Source of the DNA: the human T2T-CHM13v2.0 reference genome, Homo sapiens | NCBI RefSeq assembly: GCF_009914755.1 | Contig: NC_060934.1 | Length of the DNA: 64,000 bases | Direction: 5' to 3' (one strand) | Shown here: piece after piece, positions 30,318 through 44,975 of the stretch | Position numbering within the stretch: the first letter of the stretch is position 1 | Layout: every line of letters starts with the position of its first letter | Position numbers and translations under genes: made by a program | The notes under the pieces: model-generated | Database searches by the model: none | Seen by the model: only the letters and a program-made list of their open reading frames with translations | Told to the model about the DNA's origin: nothing

Positions 30318-30734
30318 TCTTAGATTTTGAACAGAGTTCAGTAATAGCTCAAATACTATGGATGAAGAAGAGTACTATTGGGTATACTGTTTGTCAAATT
30401 GATCTAAACATGATTCTCTTGGATTTTATTCGCTCATTTATTAATTGCACTTGCTGTGTGCAAGGCACCGAACCACTTTAGGAATAAGTATAAATGATCT
30501 ATAGCAAAATGTGGTTTCTGCCATTAAAGATCTTGGTCTACAGATAGAGTAATAAGCTGTCTTGTCAAGAATCCACATCTAGCTAAATGCTTCTTTTCTA
30601 TAATTTTTTCTACCAAATGTGGCTGCTCCATTGTTTTCTTCATACATTATTGAATAACCCTTTAGGAACCAGTTTGTCTGCGGCATCTTCTTTGTCATTA
30701 CTTTCAATAAACATTTATTGAGGCTTTAGTCTCA

Positions 30735-30965
<231 letters not shown>

Positions 30966-31133
30966 CTAGTTCAGTGTGCTGCAGGGTGACAGATTGCAGC
31001 CCAAAGTGCTAATCTGCTTTCCAGATTTCAGGTACATTTAACCTTTTCTTGCCACAGAGAGGAATGTCACAGTGAGATTAGTTTTCTGCTTTTATTGAAC
31101 GCTTATGTAGTTTTTTTTTTTTTTCTTCCTAAG

Positions 31134-31345
31134 TTGCTGTTGGACTGCGGTTTGGGAAATGGCAGCACTTCCGAGAGTGGCACAGAGTCTGTTGTGGCCC
31201 AGCACAGGATACTGATATTCTGTCAGCTGAAAAGCATGCTTGATATAGTAGAGCATGATCTCCTCAAACCTCACTTGCCCTCTGTCACTTATTTGAGATT
31301 AGATGGCAGCATACCTCCTGGTCAGAGGCATTCCATTGTTTCCCG
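31134..31345 (+). CDS. BTAF1: BTAF1 coding exon with motif IV (HRILIFCQ...YLRLDGS)
   Basis: Long T tract + aag acceptor, CCG|gtaagt donor; 212 nt. Confidence 0.96.
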
Positions 31346-31761
31346 GTAAGTGGCTTCTAAGACTCTTATTCATAAATAAATATATTATTACTTACATAGA
31401 AGTTTGCCCCATGAAATATTTTCATTGGCTAAATATCTGCAAATGCATTTTTTTAATTGTGTAATTCACCCCAAATAAACCCCTTTTTAAATATAGAACT
31501 ACATAAATATAATCGAATAGATTATTTGCTTAGCATATGAAAAGGGTGTGACTGTAATAGAAAAGCACTCTGAAGAGCATGAAAGAAATTTAAGGCATCA
31601 ACCAACAGTAAGGATAACTACTTTCCCCCTTACCTTTTTGGGAGAATTAGGGTGAGAGGAACCAAACAAGTGGCTTAGCTAAAATCTCCATCCTAATCCC
31701 TGTTTGTGCACTGAGAACAAGTTGGAATCTGGCCCAGCTAGGAAGCAGAACTGGTGAGTGC

Positions 31762-32257
<496 letters not shown>

Positions 32258-32970
32258 GGGAGGGACTTTGGAAGCCGACAGGCTCAGGTTTGACTCCTGG
32301 CTCTGCTATTTAAGCAGTGTTCTCTTGAGCCTGTTTATCATTCACACAGCCTCAGTCTCTCTAAAATAGGGATATTGGTAATAATACCCTTATAGAGCTA
32401 TTGTAACAATTAAATAAAATAATGCATATAAAGTACAAAGACTATTGCTTGACTTGTAGTAAGGATAATAAATCGTAGCTTGGTAGCTGCTATTTTTAAT
32501 GTTAGTTTTTTCTTTTTCCTAGAAGTTACTAGATATCCTTTGTCAGTGTCTTCTAGGACTAGTACAGTAGTAGCAACCCTAACACTCTCACCTTCTGTCG
32601 TCCCTGAATGAAAGTCTAGCCTGTTCTCACACTTCTCTGTCCCCATACTTTAAAGGTTCATAGTTGGGTTTATCTTAATTATAATTAGCATTTAATTATA
32701 TTTTTGCAAGTTAGTCCTTACCTGATGTTACTAAATTCAATGCAGTTTGCCTTATTTTGTATTTATGAAATTCCTGACTAGCTTTGGAATGCCCTCTTTT
32801 ACTAAAAACGTTATACATATTGAGAGGATATTTTTCTCAGATGATCATGTAAGTATCCCTATTGTGGATTTTTAAAGCAGCATTTTCATTTGTGCTCTTT
32901 AATTTTTATTAACAGTTTCTGTTATAGGACTTAAGAATGGACTAATTTTATTTTTGTTATCTACTTTTAG

Positions 32971-33130
32971 GTTTAATAATGATCCATCTATAGACGTTCT
33001 GTTACTTACCACTCACGTTGGTGGCCTGGGACTTAATTTGACAGGCGCTGACACAGTAGTATTTGTGGAGCATGACTGGAATCCTATGCGAGATCTACAA
33101 GCCATGGACCGGGCCCATCGCATTGGGCAG
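32971..33130 (+). CDS. BTAF1: BTAF1 coding exon with motifs V/VI ([17 protein letters not shown]...[11 protein letters not shown])
   Basis: tag / gtaaaa boundaries; 160 nt. Confidence 0.97.
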
Positions 33131-33508
33131 GTAAAAGTCAATTTTACCTCACAGATGTTAACCTGTGCATGAAAATATACTCCCCCAGAAAGATAGGAAA
33201 CCTTGGTTTAGTTCTTGCTCTGGTGTTAACATACATGTGTTATGACCTTGGACAGATCACTTAACTCTTCTGTGGTATCACTTCCTCATGCATTAAATGA
33301 GGTGCTAGCACTTAGGAAAACCTGGATCACTGTTCATCCCTAATATTCTGTGATTGCTGCACACATTTTGAGCTCATGTGGCCAGACAAAATAAAAATCC
33401 AACCCTAATTAGGTAGTATAAAATAGTACAAGTCTACAAGCCCTCTGACTCGTTGGAACCTCAAAGCATAATATGTGTTACGGTTGCTTAACTGTTTTTC
33501 TTATCCAG

Positions 33509-33679
33509 AAACGTGTGGTTAACGTATACCGATTGATAACCAGAGGAACATTGGAAGAAAAAATAATGGGGTTGCAGAAATTCAAGATGAACATAGCGAA
33601 TACTGTTATTAGCCAAGAGAATTCTAGTTTGCAGAGCATGGGGACTGATCAGCTTCTTGATCTGTTTACTCTTGATAAG
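33509..33679 (+). CDS. BTAF1: BTAF1 coding exon (KRVVNVYRLITRGTLEEKIM...DLFTLDK)
   Basis: cag / gtaaag boundaries; 171 nt. Confidence 0.96.
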
Positions 33680-34199
33680 GTAAAGAACTTACACAATTTG
33701 TTGTATCTTTGAGTCACAGGCTTCCTGTGACTGCTAAGTTGAAAGTATTAAAGGAGCAGCAAAATGCGTTTACTTTAGTATCCATGAGATCACCACTGGA
33801 GGGAATTTTTGGTGCCTAGATAAATTCTGCAGCATACTAGGGGATGTGTGAAGTTTTGATTTTTTTTTTTTCATTGATGTCTTCAGTGTCTTGCCACAAG
33901 GTTTCTTTCCTTAGTCCTTTTCTGCTAAAGCACAGCTTATCACTGGAGTCAGTAAGACTCATGGGTGAGAGTTCTTGGCCCTGCCTCCTGTTAACTGGTT
34001 ACCTTAGGCAGATTATCTCTCTGAGCTTCTATACCTATTTTACTACATGGTTGTGAGGTAAGATTATATATGTAAGCAGTCAGAAAGGATATCTAGTGTA
34101 GATTCTCAATAAATAGTAGCCATTGTTATTGCAGATGATGGAACTAATACATCAGATAACAATCTATAATCAAAAGGATGCACCACTTGGAAATATTAG

Positions 34200-34620
34200 T
34201 GAGTCTAATATTGTAAAACCAATATAGTTGGATTTAAAGTCCTACATAGGTTCAGAAAATCCACTGCATACTTAGTATAAATTATGGTGGGGTATATGAT
34301 GATTAAAACTAGCTGTAATAACAGAAGTGTACTTTCAAGTAAGAGAAAATCGTTCTGCCATACTATGTGTATGTTAAACCACATTTGAAATATGTCTAGT
34401 TTGGGGAGCTACATTTTAAATGGTAACAAATTAAGTCCCTGGTGGCCAGAATGGAGGCAGGTTCTTCAATCATGTCATATTGAAAGTCAAGATAAAGTTG
34501 AAAGAATGAGACATGTTTAACATAGAAAAAAGAAGGCTCAAAGAAACATGCATAGCCGTCTTCAAATAGCTTTTATTCTGTTTGAAGGAATATTCTTATG
34601 GGTGACTTTCAGTGACCAGA
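34200..34620. mobile_element. Ancient CR1/L3-like fragment
   Basis: Degenerate similarity (ccacatttgaaatatgtctagtttgggg...catgtttaacatagaaaaaagaaggctca). Confidence 0.35.
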
Positions 34621-35169
34621 ACTGGGCTCAGAGGGATATTTTAGGGAAATGGCCTATTGCCATAAAAGGCACTATTTAGACAATTGGCAGAATTTGAAAA
34701 CAGACTGTATATTAGAACATTTTAATATCAGTGTTAGATTTCCTTAATCTGATCTTTATATGGTTATGTAAGAGAATATTCTTGTTCTTAGGAATACATG
34801 CTGATTCCTCTCAAAGGATAAAAGGACATGATGTCTACAACTTTCTTTCAAATTGTTCAGAGAAAAAACTGATATCTAACTATATTTCTGACATCCATAT
34901 ATACATACACATATATAAATGGGGAGAGAGAATGATAAAGCAAATAAGTTCTTTGTTATGTTCTTATAATTCTTCCATAATTTTGAAGTTCTTTCCAAAT
35001 AAAAAACTGACAAATAAATGTATTTGGAGATCATGAATTTCCCCATCACTTGAAGTACTCAATTCTGTTGAATAATTGTATTAGAAACAAGTGTGATTTT
35101 AAAGGAAAATACAATTTGTGAAGTTAACCTCTCATTTTATTTTTTTTTTTTTTGCCAATTTTTCTTAAG

Positions 35170-35313
35170 GATGGCAAAGCAGAAAAAGCTGACACCTCTA
35201 CTTCTGGGAAAGCAAGTATGAAATCAATTCTTGAAAACCTGAGTGATCTTTGGGATCAAGAGCAGTATGATTCAGAGTACAGCCTGGAAAATTTTATGCA
35301 TTCTCTCAAGTAA
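35170..35313 (+). CDS. BTAF1: BTAF1 terminal coding exon (DGKAEKADTSTSGK...LWDQEQYDSEYSLENFMHSLK*)
   Basis: T-rich tract + aag acceptor; 48 codons ending TAA at 35311-35313; Mot1-like C-terminus. Confidence 0.95.
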   Translation, partial: DGKAEKADTSTSGKASMKSILENLSDLWDQEQYDSEYSLENFMHSLK

Positions 35314-36705
35314 CTATCAAATATTGTAAATGCAATTGCTGCTAGTTCAGTTACATTTCTGCTGATATTCAGCAAATTTCTAAGTTTATGGTGAACTTTT
35401 AACTCAATGTGTAAATAGATCTGGAGAATATTCAGCATAATGCTGGCTCTTGTTTCACTGGGGGAAACAAGTTATTCTCAAATATTTGCACTGTATTAAA
35501 TTTAAATGTTAATGTGAAATGGTTTAAATTTTACATGCTGAAAAGCTGCAGAGCAGAGGAACCAAACCAGGTTTATTTGTGCTACCAGGAGGTGTTCTTA
35601 ATGGGAACAGGCCTCCTATCTTTAGTCACTTTGTACAGGATGATATCCATGAGTACTTTAGTGTTTGTATATGTTTTTTCTTTTAAATAGAACTTGTTTT
35701 TATAATTGATTTAAAATAGGGCTTTTTTTCTATAAAAGCCTTAATGAGCCATAATTTTAAGAATATAAGAATAATGACTATGATATTGGTCAGTCTTAGA
35801 ACATGAAAATGTCAGACAATGAATTTAATCGGGCCCTTGGTGGAAACATTTATATATTTAATGCAGATGCATAGTGTTTTTCAAATCTTTAACATCATTT
35901 TTTCAACTTTTAAGATATAATATCAACTATTCTAAATACAGGTAATGGTATATTTAAGGCTACCATAACATCCTATTTAGAGGGTGGTTTTTTTTAATTT
36001 ATCTAATGGCTACGATATAGCCAGATTCAAATAACATATGTACTCAATAGGTTTCAATCATATATATAATATATTTTTTGTAACTATGAACATACACAGT
36101 TTTCCAGAAATAGATTTTACACTGTTTAGAATTCCAACACCTACAGTGGAAAGACTGTTTATTGTAGTAATGCATGGCTGAAGCATAAAAGGGAGAGAGA
36201 ATTTCTTTATATACACAAACATACATGAATATGCATATCTATATGCATAGATGTACCTATCCTGCACCCAAAAAGGTGCCTGGTATTGGCACTAAAATCA
36301 TGTAGTTATACTGGGCAGCAATAATAATTGGGCATGAGGCTGATTACTCAATGGTGAGGGTAGGTATATGTAGATAGATGTGCATGTATGTGTTTGTATA
36401 TATAATTTTATAAGTTTCACGCATAAATTAATACATGCCTGTGTGCATACATATGTATGGGATATATTTGTATATATATGTACAGGTAATAAACATCCCC
36501 AAGGTTTGTGGCTGGCCATACACATAGGCATCAGTTTAACAACCATCAGACCTCAGCTGTACAATAACAGGTGTTTTGTTTAATTAAAATTATACTGTTC
36601 TGCAGCATTTAGACATTTGTCACATTTCATTAGCTTTGACAACCATACTGTAACATTAAACCTAGCATTCCACAAGAGAATAAATATAAGATTGAAACTG
36701 TAAAA
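35314..36705 (+). other. BTAF1: BTAF1 3'UTR (3' end approximate; a longer isoform is possible)
   Basis: TE-free AT-rich sequence after the stop; ATTAAA 35495-35500, AATAAA 36488-36493, ATTAAA 36655-36660, AATAAA 36679-36684. Confidence 0.75.
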
Positions 36706-36730
36706 TATATGCAACTGTGTGTTATTTGTA
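36679..36730 (+). terminator. BTAF1: Likely BTAF1 polyadenylation signal
   Basis: AATAAA 36679-36684 followed ~30 nt later by GU/U-rich ctgtgtgttatttgt. Confidence 0.65.
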
Positions 36731-37987
36731 GGAAATGGTCACTAGAAAGAGCAAAAGATTATTCAGGTATACAGGTTTTTTTTCATTGTTTAGGATTTTA
36801 ACTCAAAACTTTATGTAGAACATTTCAGTATATTTGAGTTGAATATTTTTTTATTAACTATTTATTTGCTAGTTCCATAAACCAGCTCTTTAACATAGCT
36901 TATAGTAATTGATATTTTCTTAGAATAAGTACAGAGCAATATATCATTAAAGGGCTATGAAGGGGCAAAAGAAATCACACCATAAAAGTTAGTACTTTTT
37001 CCCAATCTGAAATGTCAGATAGAGCTAGAAGTCAGATATTTAGGCTGTTTAAACTTTCTGAGAGTTTAATCAAAAGGTGTGTATTTCTAGAAGGATGACT
37101 AGAAAAATGATGTGTGGTTGCTTCTGAATGGGAAACAGGAGTCAGAGCTGACAGGAAAACTTAGAGTGGCTATAACATTTTTAAAATAATCTTTTGAGTT
37201 GTAAAATAGTAAATCACACATTCCAACTTTTCCATAGAAAGGAAAACATGTAAACAGGTAAGAACTAAGTATTCTTAATTAAATGACCCAGTCATTGTAG
37301 TACATCTTAAGAATAATGAAGAGATGTGGAGAATTGAACTGAGTAATGAATGATATTAAAGAACTGCTGTCAATTTCATGGATGTGATGATTTGGTAGTT
37401 TTTTCAATGTATGGGTGTGGGAAGTCAAACAAGCATGATAGAATGTTAACTATTTTAAACTGGGAATTGGGTTCATAGATATCCATTGTACTACTTCCCT
37501 TGGTTTTTGTGTCTTTATGATAGGAAATAGCAAACTGTTAAAAATATAGATTCAGAGATTATTAGTCTTATCATTTGGGTTTCTTGTAGGAAAATCTTAA
37601 CATTTGGGGGCCTGGGTATAATTTTTGTTTCATATATTAACTCATATATATGCTTATTGTATATGCTTATTTATTCTACAAACATTTCTCCAAAAAGTAT
37701 TCTAGTGAAAGGGTAAAAGTCTTTGATGTTGGGACTGATTGAACTGGTATAGCCTTATTCCTTCTGGATGGTTTATATGAACTTACTTATTCAAAAGTAA
37801 ATATTCCACTGAAGCTATTTGAGAATGTGATCACTTATAGACAAAAGTGGAATTCGAACATAATAGAAATTATACAAAAGTAACAAGCACTCCATCACAC
37901 ATCTGTTCTAAATATTTAATCCTAATAGAATCTTCTATGTCCTGCAGACCTCCCATGCTGGCACCAGTGGAGTCTAAAGTGAAATTG

Positions 37988-38250
37988 GGCTGGGCACGGT
38001 GGCTTATGCCTATGAGAGGCCAAGGCAGGAGGAGCACTTGAGCCCAGGAGTTCAAGACCAACCTGGGCAACATAGGGAGATCCTGTCTCTACAAAAAAAT
38101 ACAAAAATTAGCCAGGCACAGTGGCATGCTTTTCTTGTCCCAGCTACTCAGGAAGCTGAGGTGAGTTTGAGGTCGCAGTGAGCTACGACTTCACCACTGT
38201 GCTCTAGCTGGGTGACAGGGCAAGACCCTGTCTCAAAAATAATAATAATA
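37988..38250 (+). mobile_element. Alu (J-like)
   Basis: Alu consensus with (AAT)n tail. Confidence 0.85.
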
Positions 38251-38354
38251 ATGTGAACTTGATTGCAGGTACACCTGTTATCAGATGCTAGAGGACTCAA
38301 GTGAATCATCAAGTGAATCAATAAAACAAAAACTTGAGTTATATCAATTAATAG

Positions 38355-38700
<346 letters not shown>

Positions 38701-39522
38701 CTATACACAGCACTTTCAACCACCATCTGTAAAGAGATACAAAGTACCTCCTGCTTCAAGAAAGGGTTCCTATGAATCTATAATAAATCCACTAAAACCA
38801 GTGAAGTTCCATTAAATATAGGGGCTGAGATCCTAATTTCCATGTAGAGACAAGGAGAATTAGTCCCCTCCATAAACCTGCAAAGAGATCACATATTCAA
38901 GTAGGACTAGATCCGTGAGCACACACACAAAGTTATCTATATGAAATCAGAATCCCAGGCCTTTACCATGGGTGTAAGTGTAAGGTCTGGGTTTATGCTA
39001 AGTGTTTTATACTGTAAGAACCACAAGTCAAGAAAATAAAATCAATTCTGGCACCCCAGCAGAAACAAATACAAAAACTGCCCTTTAGGGAGAGTTTCTA
39101 ATAGGGTCCCATAGGATTATCATAGAAGGAAAGATTAAGCCTACATACATACCATCTACAGGAGGAAAAGCCAGCAGATAAAAGTAGAATTCTTTAAGAA
39201 GTACAAATAAAATAAATCATAAAACAGATAGGAAAATACTATGAAAGATTAGACATTTGAAAACCAATAAATGAGAAACAGTTCTCAATGCATTTTACAC
39301 ACATTTGAAGAGAGAATTTGTGAACTGGAATGTTGAACAAGAGAATCTTGTTAGGAGGTCCAGAAGGAAAGGGAGATCATGGGAACAGAGACAAGTCACT
39401 CTTAGGACTATTTTCTATATGCCCCTGCATCTAATCCATCAACAGTTTCTACCATCTCTAGCTACAAAATATATTTCAAATCTCTTCACCTGTCTTCATC
39501 TCCACTGCTACTACTGTAGTTC

Positions 39523-40090
39523 TGTGATACCGTAACTTGTATTAACCTGATTGACTCTCTCTTAGCTGAGAAAGCCAGATGGATTCCATTTGGCTCCTTC
39601 ATTTGCAAGACATTAAGGGCTCCTTACCCACCCCCTTCCTCAAGGACTTAACTTGTGCAAGCTGACTCCCAGCACATCAAAGAGTGCAATTAACTGATAA
39701 GGTACTGTGGCAAGCAAGCTATGTCCACAGTGCCCAGGAATTTGCTCAGGTGATAGTACTCTAAAGCCCCCGCGTTTGTGTCCAGCAGATATCACCCAGA
39801 GCCCCCACACCTATCACCTTGTGATGAATTTAAAGCCCCTGCACCTGGAACTGTTTGTTTTCCTGTAACCGTTTGTCTTTTTAACTTTTTTGCCTGTTTT
39901 ACTTCTGTAAGATTGCTACAGCTAGGGTCCCCCTCCCCTCTCTAAACCAAAGTATAAAAGAAAATCTAGCCCCTTCTTCGGGGCCGAGAGAATTTTGAGC
40001 GCTAGCCTGTCTCTCGGTCGCCGGCTAATAAAGGACTCCTGAATTAGTCTCAAAGTGTGGCGTTTCTCTATGACTCGCTTGGTTACAACT
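39523..40090 (+). mobile_element. Solo LTR, LTR6A/B-like (HERV-S71/HERV-T family), inserted in an L2-like fragment
   Basis: Starts TGTGATACC; LTR6-like core cttcctcaaggacttaacttgtgcaagctgactcccagcacatc; TATAAAA 39953-39959; AATAAA 40027-40032; ends ggttacaac; imperfect 4-bp TSD gttc/tttc. Confidence 0.8.
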
Positions 40091-41014
40091 TTTCCCACCA
40101 CCACCTTGCCTCTCCTAGACTACTGTCATCTTACTGGTCTTCTTACTTGCCGAATCCACCAGTGTCGTCCTGTCATCTTCAGACCAAATCAAAATTCCTT
40201 ACTATAAGCCCTACAAGTTGTGGCCCTTGCCCATCCCTCTGACTTTGTCTCTTGTCATATCCCACTATGTTTACCTCCAATCAAGTCAGTATGTCCTCCT
40301 TGCTGTGCCTCAACATAAAACCACATGTGTTTCCATCTTAGTTTTGGTTCTGGTACAGCTGGGTAAATGGTATATGTATTATGGGAGAGATGGGGAAGAC
40401 TGAAAAGGGAGTATTAGGGGATGGGTGGAGGTGGAAAGTAGGAAGTCAAGAATTCTGTTTTGTTCATGTTAAATATGAGGTGCCTGTTAGATGCATCAAA
40501 GTAAGGATACAGAGTAGGTAGGCAGATATAGGAGTCTGGAACTCAAAGAAAAGGTCAAGACTAGAGAGAGAAATTTAGAAGACAGTATTTTAAGGTATGG
40601 GACTGCATGAGAGCTCCTGGGGTTTACTTATATAATGGGAATCCTATAGAGCAGTAAGAGTCAATGAGTAACTAATAAAACATTGTTGAATCTCAAAACA
40701 GCAGTGAGTTTTTAAAAAGTATACTTTGAGTCCATTTAGATGAAGATCAAAAACAAAATATTGTTTATGGCTGTACAAAAACAATCACACATATGGTTAT
40801 TTCACATTTTAAGAATAAAAATTGTCAGTCATATGAACATTTACTGATTGTTTCCTACTATGTACTAGACACAGTGGGAGAAACTCAAAGACGAGTGAGG
40901 AAGGAGGATACTGCAGCCAACAGTTGGCATTGTTACATTAATTTTAGAAAAAGTAGCCTTCGGGCAAAAAGTATTACTTGGAGTAGAGGGTATCTCCTAA
41001 AGATAACAGATTCA

Positions 41015-41376
<362 letters not shown>

Positions 41377-41615
41377 TTAATACGCACTTCAAAAACATGG
41401 ACAAAACTACAAAAAGAAATGGACAAGTCCAAGGTCATAGTGGGATTTTAACACACCTCTCTCAATAAAACAAGTGGACCAGAAGAAAACATGCAAAAAG
41501 ATATAGACAATTTTAGTACAGTGAACAAGTGTGATTTAATTGACTCATATCTATACTCACATATATAGGTGTGTATATATGTGCGTGTGTGTGTGTATAG
41601 AGACAGAGAGAGAGA

Positions 41616-41913
<298 letters not shown>

Positions 41914-43499
41914 TGAGAGAAACTTAACAACTTCAGAATACATTCTACATTCTTTGGAAGCTCATGGGCAACATGGACCCAAAGTGACCATTATGCTGAG
42001 CCATAACTTCTGGCAAATTTCAAGAAATTGAAATCATACATACTGTCCTCTTTCTGTGCTCCGACAATATACCTTAGATCCTAGCCAGTACGGTAACAGT
42101 AAAAATATGAAGACAATACAGATTAGAAAGAAAGCAAGCTTGCTTTATTCACAAACAACATGACCGGGTGGAAAATCCCAAAGAATCTACCAAAAAAGCT
42201 TCTAGAATTAAGTGATTTAGCAAGCAACAAAATCCAGGAAGTAGATAAAAGTTTTACAAAATATGTAAAAGGTCTGCTGAAAACTATACAACAGATAAAT
42301 CAAAAAGACCTTCAAAAATAGATGTACCATGTTCATGGAACACTTAGAAGTGGTTAAGGTAATTTTATTTTTTTTACTTCAATTAAAAAATTAAAGAGAT
42401 CGAGAAAACTGCTAACAAAAAGAAAGCTGGGATAGCTCAAAGAATTAATAACAAAATTATTAGAGATAAAGAGGGGCATTATATAATAAAGGGACCAATT
42501 CTCCATGAAAATAACAATTTTTAATGTGTACACACCTAACAGAGCATCCAAATATGTGGGGGCAAAAATGGACAGAACTGCAAGGAGAAATAAATCTGCT
42601 GTTAGAGGCTTCACACATTTCTCTCAATAATTGACAGATCTAACAGGCAGAAAATCCTTAGGATTTTCTGAACAATAGTCAACAGAAGAGTAAACATACT
42701 TCTTAAGCTGACATGGAGCACTGACCAAGGTAGACCATATTCTGGTCCATCACACCTCAACAAACTTAAGTATGCTCTTAGACACAATGGGATTAAACTA
42801 CAAATCAGTTAACAGAAAGATAGCCGGATAATCTCCAAATATTTGGGGGTTTAACATGTGGGTCAAAGAAGAAATCTCAAGAGAAATTAAAAATATTTTG
42901 AAGACAGTGAAAATACAACTTGATGGGATGTGGTAAAAGCACTTGAGAGAAATGTATAGCATTGAATGCAGTTAGTAATGAAGAAAGATCTAAAACCTAA
43001 GCTTTCACTTTAGGAAATTAGAGAAAGAAGAGTAATATAAAACTAATGCAAACAGGAGAAAAATAAAAATTAGAGCAAAAAAAATGATGTTGAAAATAGG
43101 AAAAAGAAAAATCAATAAAGGATAAATCTCCGACCAGGCTAACAAAGAAAAAAGAAGACATTGCTCATATCAGAGAGGCCATCCCTATTGAGAACATGGG
43201 TATTCAAAAGATAATAAAGGAATAGGATTAACAACTCTGCCCACAAATTTGACAACAGATGAAACGGATCAGTTCCTTGAAAGGCACAATCTACTAAAAT
43301 CCACACAAGGAGAAATAGATAATCTGAGCCCATATATACTAAAGAAATTGAATCAATTTTCTGAAACAGAAAGCTCCAGACTGAGATGAATTCTACCAAA
43401 CATCTAAAGAAGAAATGATATCAATTCTCTATAGTGTCTTCCAGAAGATAGACGCCAAAGGAATTCTTTCCTGCTCGTTGTATGAGAACAGCATTACAG

Positions 43500-44483
<984 letters not shown>

Positions 44484-44703
44484 TGAACTACTGTACTCTA
44501 ATATAAAACCAGATAAAGACATTACAAGAAAAATATGCACCAATATCTCTCATGAACATAAATGCAAAAATCCTCACTATAGAACTTCCAGAAAATAACA
44601 TACAAGAAAATCTAGATGACCTAGAATTTAGTGATGACTTTTTAGATACAACACCAAAGACACCATCTGTGAAAGAAAATAACTGTTAAGTGAAAGATGC
44701 TAA

Positions 44704-44975
44704 GCTGGGTGCCGTGGCTCACGTCTGTAATCTCATCACTTTGGAAGGCCAAGGCAGGTGGATCACTTGAGGGCAGGAGTTCAAGACCAACCTGGCCAAC
44801 ATGGCAAAACCCCATCTCTACAAAGTAAAAAATAAAAAAATTAGGCGAGCATGGTGGCACATGCCTGTAGTCCCAGCTACTCGGGAGGTAGAGGTTGCAG
44901 TGAGCCATGATCATGCCACTGCACTCCAGCCTGTGCGACAGAGCAAGACTACGTCTCAAAAAAAAAAAAAAAAAA
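44704..44975 (+). mobile_element. Alu
   Basis: Alu consensus with a short internal deletion. Confidence 0.85.
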
